A stretch of DNA of 64,000 bases, taken from positions 151,431 to 215,430 of the forward strand of contig NIVC01002541.1 in assembly GCA_002269645.1 (NCBI GenBank). The letters run 5' to 3'. Positions 51,028-63,239 of the stretch are shown here, one piece after another. This DNA comes from Macrostomum lignano. Lineage: Eukaryota. Position 1 is the stretch's first letter, and every line of letters begins with the position of its first letter. The notes below the pieces were generated by a model. The model was not told the DNA's origin. It did not search any database and saw only the letters and a program-made list of their open reading frames with translations. Position numbers and translations under genes: made by a program.

Positions 51028-52419
51028 ATGTCGGAAATTCGGCGAACCATCCAGCAGAGGCTCGTGTCGCCGCTGCTGTCTCAGCACCAACAGCAGCAAC
51101 AGCAGCAGCACAAGACTCTTACCGTGAAGGTTGTGCTGCTCGATGACACCGTGAATTCCTTTCAGGTGCCGGTGAGTAGCCTGAACTCCTTCTAGCTAAG
51201 TAGGGCCGAGTAGAATTACTCAAATCAAACGGGAAGTTCCTCAGAAAATTTGAAGCAGAAAGAAGAAAATTAGAAAAAGGAACAGTTTTGCTCAGCAAAA
51301 GCGAGTAAGAAAGCTCGAGAGAAGATTTCCCGCGGAGACCCAGAAGATGCCAAATGTCATGCGCGCGGCTGCTCACTAAAGCAAACTCGGCTCGCAGGCC
51401 CACGGCAGCAAACAAATTAGTTTCCACTTTGACGAAGCCAATTTCCTGGTAGCCACAATCGCGCAACAGAGAGCGAGGAGTTCGTGCTCAACCGCTGATT
51501 CTGTTGGCTTTTGCCAGCTACTTCCTTTGTAGTGGAAAAGCAGCAATTTGGGGTCCCGGTGCAAGAAAACGATTGAAGCCAAATCAAACAGAGCAGGGCA
51601 AAGAGGAAAGATTGGCGATATAAACTGCCTGTCTGCTTTGAGTCCGGATGCCAAAACTGAGATATGAGAATACTCTGCTGCATAACTATAGACAGACAGA
51701 CACACTAAGACAGACAGACACACTAAGACAGACAGACGCTAAGACAGACAGACACACTAAGACAGACAGACACACTAAGACAGACAGACGCTAAGACAGA
51801 CAGACATACTAAGACAGACAGACACTAAAACAGACAGACAGACGCTAAGACAGACAGACACACTAAGACAGACAGACACTAAAACAGACAGACAGACGCT
51901 AAGACAGACAGACACTAAGACAGACAGACACTAAGACAGACAGACACTAAGACAGACAGACCCACTAAGACAGACAGACACTAAGACAGACAGACAGACA
52001 CTAAGACAGACAGACAGACACTAAGACAGACAGACACACTAAGACAGACAGACGCTAAGACAGACAGACACACTAAGACAGACAGACACACTAAGACAGA
52101 CAGACGCTAAGACAGACAGACATACTAAGACAGACAGACACTAAAACAGACAGACAGACGCTAAGACAGACAGACACACTAAGACAGACAGACACTAAAA
52201 CAGACAGACAGACGCTAAGACAGACAGACACTAAGACAGACAGACACTAAGACAGACAGACACTAAGACAGACAGACCCACTAAGACAGACAGACACTAA
52301 GACAGACAGACAGACACTAAGACAGACAGACAGACACTAAGACAGACAGACAGACAGACAGACACTAAGACAGACAGACACTAAGACAGACAGACACTAA
52401 GACAGACAGACAGACACTA

Positions 52420-52452
<33 letters not shown>

Positions 52453-55400
52453 CTAAGACAGACAGACACTAAGACAGACAGACACGAAGGCAGTCAGACA
52501 CTAAGACAAACACCACACGAAGGCAGTCAGACACTAAGACAAACACCACACGAAGGCAGTCAGACACTAAGACAAACACCGCACGAAGGCAGTCAGACAC
52601 TAAGACAAACACCACACGAAGGCAGACAGACACTAAGACAAACACCGCACGAAGGCAGTCAGACACTAAGACAAACACCACACGAAGGCAGACAGACACT
52701 AAGACAAACACCACACGAAGGCAGACAGACACTAAGACAAACACCACACGAAGGCAGACAGACACTAAGACAAACACCACACGAAGGCAGTCAGACACTA
52801 AGACAAACACCACACGAAGGCAGACAGACACTAAGACAAACACCACACGAAGGCAGTCAGACACTAAGACAAACACCACACGAAGGCAGTCAGACAGGTA
52901 GCAGATCCACAGCATCCATAAAGCATTTGCAGCATAATTCTAGAACAATCTGTTGAAGCAGCCAATCTCAACCCCCCAGGCAGCTGCCGACAGTGTTGAC
53001 TTTAATCAAAGACAAACATTGGCCCTTGGCCAGCCATGGGGACAGAGAGTTGAAGAGTTAAGTTGGCGAAGTGAGTCACGGAGAGGTTTATAGTTGATTT
53101 TTGAGAGGCCTGTGAGCAGCGCTATTGCGCAGCCACAATTCAGACGGAGTGATGTGTCCAGATCGCTGGTAGCCCCCCCCTCTGTCTCCCAGCTTGTTTG
53201 CCATCCAATTTGCACTTTTCACCCCCTCTCTCCCCTTCTCCCCGTCCCGTTCTCCCTCAGCAACAAAAATATTAGCGTCCCTTGCAATCCGACATTCGCT
53301 TTGACCTCCAACAACTGGATTTGGCGTCGCTCATATATTATTTCGCGGCTTCTCGTTCAAGTATGCATGGGAACTGGTTGCTACCCCCGGACCTGGCGAA
53401 GTCGTAAATGAGCGAATTGGCGGCGACAGGGAGGTGTGGGAGAGGGAGAGAGAGGGAAGGGGAGAAGCGACTCGCACAGGGAGAGGGAAGTTGAGTATAT
53501 GAGATTATAGCTCAGATGAAAGTGAGATCCCGGATTTCCGACCGCTGGAGTAGAAAAAATTATTTTGACGATTTTTATGGCCCCCAGTTAGGCGGGGGAA
53601 CTGCAGCAGCTCCCGTTTGCCTGTCTGCTGACTGCGGGCTCTGCCTGCTGCAGTTTTGAGAATTGCGGCTGTGGGATCGCTAGAAGTATATGGCTGATCT
53701 ACTGTGCGGTTGCTCGCATAGATCTCATAATGCAGTAGATCTCATAGATGTCAGACAGTAGATCTCATAGATGTCATACAGTAGCTCTCATAGATCTCTG
53801 CAGACAGTAGATCTCATAGATCTCAGACAGTAGATCTCATAGATGTCATACAGTAGCTCTCATAGATCTCAGACAGTAGATCTAATAGATCTCAGACAGT
53901 AGATCTCATAGATGTCATACAGTAGCTCTCATAGATCTCTGCAGACAGTAGATCTCATAGATCTCAGACAGTAGATCTCATAGATGTCATACAGTAGCTC
54001 TCATAGATCTCAGACAGTAGATCTAATAGATCTCAGACAGTAGATCTCATAGATGTCATACAGTAGCTCTCATAGATCTCTGCAGACAGTAGATCTCATA
54101 GATCTCAGACAGTAGATCTCATAGATGTCATACAGTAGCTCTCATAGATCTCTGCAGACAGTAGATCTCATAGATCTCAGACAGTAGATCTCATAGATGT
54201 CATACAGTAGCTCTCATAGATCTCAGACAGTAGCTCTCATAGATCTCAGACAGTAGATCTCATAGATCTCAGACAGTAGCTCTCATAGATCTCAGACAGT
54301 AGATCTCATAGATCTCAGACAGTAGATCTCATAGATGTCATACAGTAGCTCTCATAGATCTCAGACAGTAGCTCTCATAGATCTCAGACAGTAGATCTCA
54401 TAGATCTCAGACAGTAGCTCTCATAGATCTCAGACAGTAGATCTCATAGATCTCAGACAGTAGATCTCATAGATGTCATACAGTAGCTCTCATAGATCTC
54501 AGACAGTAGCTCTCATAGATCTCAGACAGTAGCTCTCATAGATGTCATACAGTAGCTCTCATAGATCTCAGACAGTTGATCTCCTAGACCTGAAATTTAA
54601 TAGATTTCACTCTAAATCTCATAGATCTCAAATCTTCCAGATCTTAACATCTCGACGACGCCATCAATTTTGACAGTTTTTTATTAATTTGCAGAAATCT
54701 AATCGAAAATAAGGGAAGTCGGGGGTTCGAATCCGCTAGCGACTAGAAGATTATGTTGAGTCCCGCCGATCATCTGGGAGGCGGGCAGGGGGGATTCTGG
54801 CGACTCTGCGGCGCAAATTCAATTTGTTGCCGGCTCATAAACCTCCATCCACCCAACCCCTCCCTCTGAGTCTCTCCGGCTGTTCAGCAGCTCTCGGCTT
54901 TGCTTAATTCTTCTCCACTGAGCAGTGCGAGGGTAATTCAATATGGCTCTCTCCTTATTAATGAGAGGAGCGGCTGGACGGGATGCGGGAGGGAGGCTTA
55001 GGTGGGGGAGTGGAATTCTCAAGACCAGCGGTTAAAAAGGCTGCGGGGAGACACAACTGACTGAGTGTGGAAGGGCTGACAAGAACTGGCACATCTGCGG
55101 CTGAGCAGCTCCTGTCAGTGTGCTCTGTTGGCGCTGCTGGAATGCGTTTATCCTGACTTGGCGCTGACATTGATTAGCACTGATGGGTGTTAGAGATTGG
55201 TATCTGAGCCGCCTGGATGCAGGAATGGAATGGATTGCAAATCTAGCCCACAAGGATGCAGGAATAGAATGGATTGCTAATCTAGCCCACAAAGATGCAG
55301 GAATAGAATGGATTGCTAATCTATCCCACAAAGATGCAGGGATAGAATGGATTGCTAATCTATCCCACAAGGATACAGGAATACAATGGATCGCTAATCT

Positions 55401-58400
55401 AGCCCACAAGGATGCAGGAATAGAGTGGATTGCTAATCTAGCCCACAAGGATGCAGGAATAGAATGGATTGCTAATCTAGCCCACAAGGATGCAGGAATA
55501 GAATGTATTGCTAATCTAGCCCAAAAGGATGCAGGAATAGAATGGATTGCTAATCTAGCCCACAAAGATGCAGGTGTTGTATTTTCCGCTTCCGTCAGTG
55601 CGGACGCAGACGGGGTGTTCGTGGTTCGGGTACGGGACCACCAAGAGCTTGCCAGGTATGAAAGGCGGGAGAGCGGCGACCTCCGAGGAGTGCAGACACT
55701 TCGGGGCGGAAGTGGAGGGACTGGGAGCGTACAGACACTCGTCCAGCCCTACGGCAAGAGGGAGGTGCAGATGAGGAGGCTGCGATCAAATGGCCACTCA
55801 GCAAAAGCAGAGGTGAACAAGAATCTGAAGGCATACGGACACTTCGCATACCCGAATAAAGACGGTGATGAAAGCACAGAATTTAGAAGATGATAAATAA
55901 ATGAAGAGTAACACTTTATCTTACCGGGAGGGGTCACTCACTGCGCTCATGCAGGCTGGCTTCGCCTTGTCGCTTTATTTCGTTTTGCTCTGACTTTTGC
56001 AACTAAGTAAGTAGTGGTAGAAGGAGCCGGGAGGGCGAGGGCCGTGCGCGCGCATAAATACTGGGGGAGAGCAGGGGGGGGGGGCTGGGTGAAGCTGAGC
56101 CACCCAGGGCTGGGGTGGGGTAGGGGGGGGGCAAAACTTATAGAGTTGAAGGGCGAGAGAGAACGAAGGGGAAGGCTAGCCAATCAGGTGCCTCCGCGGT
56201 GAGAGACACGATTGGACTGGCCCAAACGGGAGAGAAAGAAGGGGGGAAGCTAGCCAATCAGGTGCCTCCGCGGTGAGAGACATGATTGGACTGGCCCAAA
56301 CGGGAGAGAAAGAAGGGGGAAGCTAGCCAATCAGGTGCCTCCGCGGTGAGAGACATGATTGGACTGGCCTAAATGGGAGAGAAAGAAGGGGGGAAGCTAG
56401 CCAATCAGGTGCCTCCGCGGTGAGAGACATGATTGGACTGGCCCAAACGGGAGAGAAAGAAGGGGGAAAGCTAGCCAATCAGGTGCCTCCGCGGTGAGAG
56501 ACATGATTGGACTGGCCCAAACGGGAGAGAAAGAAGGGGGAAAGCTAGACAATCAGGTGCCTCCGCGGTGAGAGACATGATTGGACTGGCCCAAACGGGA
56601 GAGAAAGAAGGGGAAAGCTAGACAATCAGGTGCCTCCGCGGAGAGAGAGACATAATTGGACTGGCCCAAACGAGAGAGAAAGACGAAAATACGTCAGCCA
56701 ATGAAAATGAAAACAAGAAAAATAAAATTAATAACGACAGCTTAAGACGGAGTGGGGTGGCAGAACAGAATGAACCAGTGGCAGGGAGAGGAGAGGCGGA
56801 GAGCGCAGAGGTTGGGGCAAAGGCATTGTGAGGCGCAACTCACAACACAGGAATAGAATGGATTGCTAATCTAGCCAACGATCTCATTCCGCAGACTCGA
56901 GTCCCGGGCCAGGAGTTATTCGACGCAGTGGTTAAGAAGCTTCGACTACTAGAAATCGATTACTTTGATCTGGAGTTCCTATCCAAAGAAGGTCGGCAGG
57001 TGAGAACAGTTGTTCATATTAACAGTAGGAATACCAAGCCATTTTTCCGCCCGTCGAACTACCAAGAGGGGGGGAAAAATTTCCCCCCCCCCTGACAATT
57101 CTTTTTGCTGCGCCGGAACGGAGCAACGCAGGCACACGAAATTCAAGAACACGGGCTAACTTTTTGTTGCGCACCTTCTCAAACAAGAATCAAGTCGCCA
57201 GCCCTCCGGACCGTCGAGATATTCGACGATTCTGCCAGAAGGTCGGATTTTTCCCATAAGCGCTAGTGTATTCAGTACACCCCTGTGCGCCAATCAGCAC
57301 TGCGCCTCAGTGCAGCCTTGCTAAGTCTCCAAATTTAATCAGCACGTCGACCACATGTGTCTGCATCAGTTCTGACTTCGTTGGTCACTAGCCTTCACCC
57401 AGGTAGAGCTTCTGGACCTTCAACAGCTGTGGCATCAGGTGACTATGGACAACCTGATGCGGATTTCTCTAGTTTCGCTGATCAAGCCTCGACAGTGGGC
57501 AAGCCTCAACTTCTGAAAACCCTCAGCTAGTCTCTCGAGCCTTCCGTCACCACCCCGACGCCGTCGGCACCTTCAACAGGTGGCACCAGGTGAGTAAGGA
57601 CACCTGAGCGTGATTTTTCATCATGCTCTTAACATTTCGAAGCTCTCAAAAATTTTTAAGCACAGACATAGCTATAGTTAAGCTTTAACTCATGTTGCTG
57701 TATATTTATATTATTATTACACATACTTTTATACATACATGTTGAAGGTGCCGACGGCATCGGGGTGATGACGGAATGCTTGAATGACTAGCTGAGGATG
57801 TCCAGCAGTTGATTTTTGCCCACTGTCGAGGCTTGATCAGCGAAACTAGAGAAATTCTTATCAGGCTGTCCATAGTCACCTGGTGTAATCTGTTGAAGGA
57901 GCCGACGGCGTCGGAATGATGACGGAATGCTTGAGAGACTAGCTGAGAATGTCTGGCGGTTGATTCTTGCCCACTGTCGAGGCTTGATCGGCGAAACTAG
58001 AGAAATCCGCATCAGGGTGTCCATAGTCACCTGGTGCCACAGCTGTTGAGGGTCCAGAAGCTCTACCTGGGTGAAGGCTAGTGACCAACGAAGTCAGAAC
58101 TGATGCAGACACATGTGGTCGACGTGCTGATGAAATTTGGAGACTTAGCAAGGCTGCACTGAGGCGCAGTGCTGATTGGCGCACAGGGGTGTACTGAATA
58201 CACTAGCGCTTATGCGAAAAATCCGACCTTCTAGCAGAATCGTCGAATATCTCGACGGTCCGGAGGGCTGGCGACTTGATTCTTGTTTGAGAAGGTGCGC
58301 AACAAAAAGTTAGCCCGTGTTCTTGAATTTCGTGTGCCTGCGTTGCTCCGTTCCGGCGCAGCAAAAAAAATTGTCAGGGGGGGGGGAATTTTCCCCCTCC

Positions 58401-60467
58401 CCCTTGGTAGTTCTACTGTTAAAGACGTTGCCTATAATTTCAAAAGTCTCACAGGACATTCTCATCGGAAGAGTGGCTGAGACTCATTATTCCTCTCGGA
58501 ACTAAAGCAATTTAGACTTGCAATTTGTGACGCACAATTTGCTGTCACTTTGATTAGTTCGCTCAATCAGAGCTAATGGCCTGCCGCAAGGTGTGGAGGC
58601 ACAAGTGGCTCCCAATGCCGCCTGGCAACTCCCCGCGCCATTCCATTCGAATCAAAGAGAGCCAAGAGACTCTTAATCCGAATTCTCTCTCTCTCCCTCT
58701 CGATTCCCTCCGCAGTGCTGGCTGGACCACTCAAAGACGCTGCCCAAGCAGTGCCCGTCTTCAACAGAGCTGGTGTTTTACTTTTCGGTCAAATTCTACC
58801 CGCCAGACCCGCACCTGCTCGAGGACGAGTTCTCCAGGTGAGAGCGGCGACTGCATGCGTGGGCCGAGTCAAGTGGATGAGTGCAAATGTTCAAGCGTTT
58901 AAAGTTTCCTTTCTCTGTATACTGTGTGCAGGTAGACTTTCCAATAATTTGAATTCAAATTACCCACCGAAAGCAAAAGCAGTCTTTGAAAAAAAGGTTT
59001 TTTTCTCGTTCGCGTGTTCCGTGCAAGCCGGCTTTCTATCCGCAACTTCCCAGCTCTGCAGGCCCCGCCAGAGATATTGATCTGCAAATTTTAGCAAATC
59101 CAACTTGGATTAAAACTTCGCGCCCAGATGTTTATCCGATGTTTCGCCCGGCTTTGTACTTTTATTTTTATTCCGCCTCGGGGAAATTTTTTCCGGCTTT
59201 AGGGATTACTTTTTTTCGAAAAACGGGGGGATTAACTGAAGCCCTGGGAGGCAGCGAGTCTAGAGAGAAAGTTTTTTTACTTTTTTCTGCAACTGCAAGT
59301 ACAAGGAGCACATTGATGAAGTTCTCAATGGTTTTGAAACAGTGTCTGATGCACACCAGTGAGTGGTCAGTTCAAGTTGAACTGCAGTTCACCTGTTGTG
59401 ATCACCTGCTGGACCTTGAAGGTCTTAAGGTTGCCAGGTTGAAGTCTACTATTTTGCAGTTCGAAGTGTGAAGTTGACATCTGCTTCTATACGCTCTACT
59501 CAAAAATTGTATTATAATTATTGATTTATGGAGGAGAATCAATCTCCAGATTAAGAAACGTTTTATCAAGCCACTGCCTTCAGCCCGAGGCGCCGCCCAG
59601 CATCTGGCGCGCACACTGTGGGAAATGTAAAATCCTTTCACAAGTCTGTTAAACAGCAACGAAGACTCGCAAAGTCAAGCTGCAGCAGGAACAGAAATTC
59701 TCATTTATGCTGGCTTGCCGGGACGAACCAAAAATTAAGGGAATAGTTTCTGGGATCTCTAGGATTTCACGTTCCCTCTTGGCCTCCCCCCCCCATGATA
59801 GCTGGGCGCGTGACGGCTGCTGCGGCCCCGGCTGAGACAGCGAAGCAGTTCCGATAGCGGGGCGAATAAAGCAGCATCAGGGCTTCATCAGAGCGCCCCC
59901 TCTCTCGCAGCCTCTCTCTCTCTCTCTCCGCCCTTTTCTGTCTCGCTCTCGATCCCTCTCGCGTGTATCGACCAGGAAGAGTTTCAGCTATTTCAGCTAT
60001 CGGCCTGCAAGCTCAGGGATAGGGGGGGGGGCTGCCCTACAAGTACACTCAGCTCAAGCCACGAGGACAATTCCTCAGCCAGCCTTGGCGTACGCCCTGT
60101 TCACGCCTGAGTCTCCTTCTATTGCGCCTCGCAGCCTCTCTGTGCCAATCGATCACCATCTCGTCGTGGCCAGAGTCTTCTGCTGCTGCTTTTTCTCTCA
60201 GCTGACAGAATTGCGACATCCAGTTTCTTTATTTCTTGTTCGCCCTGCTTGCTTCTGCCTGCTCAGTTGGGGTGCTCAGTCAATAATCTATGGGAAACCT
60301 CATTTTTATGCCGAGTCACCTCCCCTTTGTTTTTTAAGAAATCAGATAACCCTTTCCTCGCCTTTGCAGGTTTCTATTTTCTTTGCAAATTAAACGCGAC
60401 ATTGTTAACGGCCTGCTGCCCTGCTGCGATAACACTGCCGCCCTGCTAGCCTCCTACCTGGTGCAGG
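51028..60467 (+). CDS. FARP: FERM-domain protein, FARP1/2 (CDEP)-like, first 4 exons; continues beyond last recognised exon
   Basis: Exons 51028-51171, 56895-56999, 58716-58837 and 60370-60467 are in phase. Translation: [16 protein letters not shown]|[28 protein letters not shown]...|CWLDHSK...[17 protein letters not shown]|[32 protein letters not shown]. The family assignment within FERM proteins is from recall. Confidence 0.85.
51690..52895. repeat. GACA/CTAA microsatellite grading into a 33-bp minisatellite (from ~52480)
   Basis: Direct reading. Confidence 0.95.
53720..54590. repeat. ~20-bp AGATCTC-rich minisatellite
   Basis: CAGACAGTAGATCTCATAGATCT units. Confidence 0.95.
55215..55574. 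repeat. 39-bp minisatellite interrupted by the solo LTR; last partial unit at 56848-56877
   Basis: GCAGGAATAGAATGGATTGCTAATCTAGCCCACAAGGAT. Confidence 0.93.
55575..56847 (-). mobile_element. Solo LTR (Ty3/Gypsy-like)
   Basis: Termini TGTTGT...ACAACA with a 4-bp TSD CAGG (55571-55574, 56848-56851). On the minus strand the order is CCAAT-box tandem array, TATTTAT (56060-56054), AATAAA (55979-55974). Confidence 0.8.
57023..58418. mobile_element. Foldback/MITE-like DNA element with ~550-bp inverted arms and TTAA TSD
   Basis: 57023-~57590 is the near-perfect reverse complement of ~57890-58418. Termini read CAGTAG.A.TACCAAG. TTAA lies at 57019-57022 and 58419-58422. Confidence 0.88.
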
Positions 60468-60544
60468 GTGAGCGCCCATTGTTGCTATTAAAATGAGGAG
60501 CTGGAATAGCCCGAATAGAACTGGAAAGTGTGAAGAGGGCGTCG

Positions 60545-60905
60545 GAAGGGGTGTTGGGCGTGGGGTTGGTGTCTAGAGGGTGTTAGGCGGGAGGTGGGTG
60601 TCGGGAGGGTTGCTGGGTGTGAGGTGGGTGTCGAGAGGGCTGCTGGGCGGGAGGGGTGTCAGAAGGGGTGTTGGGCGTGAGGTGGGTGTCGGGAGGGTTG
60701 CTGGGTGTGAGGTGGGTGTCGAGAGGAGTGCTGGGCGTGAGGTGGGTGTTGGGAGGGGTGCTGGGTGTGAGGTGGGTGTCGAGAGGGGTGCTGGGCGTGA
60801 GGTGGGTGTCGGGAGGGTTGCTGGGTGTGAGGTGGGTGTCGAGAGGGGTGCTGGGCGTGAGGTGGGTGTCGGGAGGGGTGCTGGGCGTGAGGTGGGTGTC
60901 GGGAG
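60545..60905. repeat. 30-bp G-rich minisatellite
   Basis: GTGGGTGTCGAGAGGGGTGCTGGGCGTGAG. Confidence 0.93.
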
Positions 60906-61445
60906 GGGCGTCATTTGAGATGGATTTTATGACGGGCGCTTTGGCGTGGGTTGTGTGCGTCGGGATGAGCGCCTGTCTTGGTGCGAGTGGCTGGACGGAT
61001 GTTCCCAATCATCCATCATCCATCTCATCAAGCAGAAAACCGATGGGTTTGCCAGCCGATTAATTGGACAGTTATCTTCGTACTCAGCATGAAATAACAC
61101 TTCAAAACAGCAATTTTCAACCATTTAGTAATTGCACAATACTGTTACCATTTGGCCTAACTGGCTATGTGCGAAAATAGCGAGGCAGTGTAGAAAGCGT
61201 TTGTAAAAAATTGCCGCTAGTCATTAATCAATCTGACATTGCACTTTTTCAGTTTGTTGGTTAGGTGGGTTTATTGTGAAATATAAAATTACCCTAACAA
61301 AAATTCCTTAGCAACATTTCCTTAGGGAATTTTCAGAGTGAAAAATCGATAAAAAACAGCATATTTAGAGAAGCAGAGAAGAGCTGGTCCCTTCGATTCC
61401 ATTTAAATCGCGTCAGATCAGACAGAATCATCTCGCCCTGGGAGA

Positions 61446-63103
61446 TCAGACAAAGGGCAGTAGGGATTCTTGAAGCATCTGAAGAGATTCCAGGTTACTG
61501 GAACCCTTGAAGATCGGTGGCTCCTGAAGGATCGGGAAAGTGCAGTCACAGCAGTGCCTTAAGGATAGGGAAAGTGCAGTCACAGCAGTGCCTTAAGGAT
61601 CGGGAAGGTGCTGTCACAGCAGTGCCTGAAGGATCGGGAAGGTGCAGTCACAGCAGTGCCTGAAGGATCAGGAAGGTGCTGTCACAGCAGTGCCTGAAGG
61701 ATCGGGAAGGTTCAGTCACATAAGTGCCTGAAGGATCGGGAAAGTGCAGTCACAGCAGTGCCTGAAGGATCGGGAAGGTGCAGTCACAACAGTGCCTGAA
61801 GGATCGGGAAGGTGCAGTCACAGCAGTGCCTGAAGGATCGGAAGGTGCTGTCACAGCAGTGCCTGAAGGATCGGGAAGGTGCAGTCACAGCAGTGCCTGA
61901 AGGATCGGGAAAGTGCAGTCACAGAAGTGCTTGAAGGATCGGGAAGGTGCTGTCACAGCAGTGCCTGAAGGATCGGGAAGGTGCAGTCACAGCAGTGCCT
62001 GAAGGATCAGGAAGGTGCAGTCACAGCAGTGCCTGAAGGATCGGGAAGGTGCTGTCACAGCAGTGCCTGAAGGATCGGGAAGGTGCAGTCACAGCAGTGC
62101 CTGAAGGATCGGGAAAGTGCAGTCACAGAAGTGCTTGAAGGATCGGGAAGGTGCAGTCACAGCAGTGCCTGAAGGATCGGGAAAGTGCAGTCACAGCAGT
62201 GCCTGAAGGATCGGGAAGGTTCAGTCACAGAAGTGCCTGAAGGATCGGGAAAGTGCAGTCACAGCAGTGCCTGAAGGATCAGGAAGGTGCTGTCACAGCA
62301 GTGCCTGAAGGATCGGGAAGGTGCTGTCACAGCAGTGCCTGAAGGATCGGGAAGGTGCAGTCACAGAAGTGCCTGAAGGATCGGGAAGGTGCAGTCACAG
62401 CAGTGCCTGAAGGATCGGGAAGGTGCAGTCACAGAAGTGCCTGAAGGATCGGGAAGGTGCTGTCACAGCAGTGCCTGAAGGATCGGGAAGGTGCAGTCAC
62501 AGCAGTGCCTGAAGGATCGGGAAGGTGCTGTCACAGCAGTGCCTGAAGGATCGGGAAGGTGTAGTCACAGCAGTGCCTGAAGGATCGGGAAGGTGCAGTC
62601 ACAGCAGTGCCTGAAGGATCGGGAAGGTGCTGTCACAGCAGTGCCTGAAAGGATCGGAAGGTGCTGTCACAGCAGTGCCTGAAGGATCTTGCTGCAGTGC
62701 TCGCTAGGCCAACAAGCTGCGGCCCCCAGAAGAAGATTATACAGTTGGAGTTGGTCGTCTCCAATTTCTGGCATCGGATTCTCCGCAATCTCTCCGCAAT
62801 CTGAGTCGCATTAATCTGTGGTATATGAAGTTATCGTGCCCCAACACAGTCGGGCTCGGGCGGGTGACTTATGATTTATGAGCAGCACAGCGGCAGGATT
62901 AAGCTTTGTTTTACTCTCGAAATGAGCAAAACTTCACCAATATAGCCTGCAATAGCGGGATGGCTTGAGCTGCCGAGCTTCTGCTGCTCTTCGAAAAAGT
63001 CGATAAAAAGTCCGAAATCAACTTTCTGCTCGATTTTATTGCCGCGATTGGCAGCCGGGTTCTCTGGTAGAAAATACGAGTATAGACGGGTTAGAAGGGC
63101 TGG
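61446..63103 (-). CDS. Candidate unassigned antisense gene (exons 62938-63103, 62679-62800, 61446-61523)
   Basis: A pyrimidine-rich acceptor, a GTGAAG donor and a phase-1 join give an open frame PALLTRLYSYF...GYI-DCGEIAENP...SKILQ. No family was recognised. Confidence 0.35.
61523..62688. repeat. 34-bp minisatellite (GATCGGGAAGGTGCAGTCACAGCAGTGCCTGAAG)
   Basis: Direct reading; bounded by CCTGAAGGATC at both ends. Confidence 0.97.
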
Positions 63104-63239
63104 CTGAAGGGCGAGAGGCAAGAGAAATAAGACACCCTACCCTACAGGACTAGAGATTATCGTAAGCAGGACCTACTGAAGGGTTGCAGGACACCCTAAA
63201 GGACAGCAGTAACAATTAGCAGAGCAGCCTCTGAAGGAG

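Noticed and set aside
54705-54750. GGGGTTCGAATCC as a tRNA gene
   Set aside because: Only a B-box/T-arm is present, with no A box or cloverleaf.
55183-55893. 236-aa ORF with [13 protein letters not shown] repeats as a repeat protein
   Set aside because: It is a 39-bp intronic minisatellite reading into the solo LTR.
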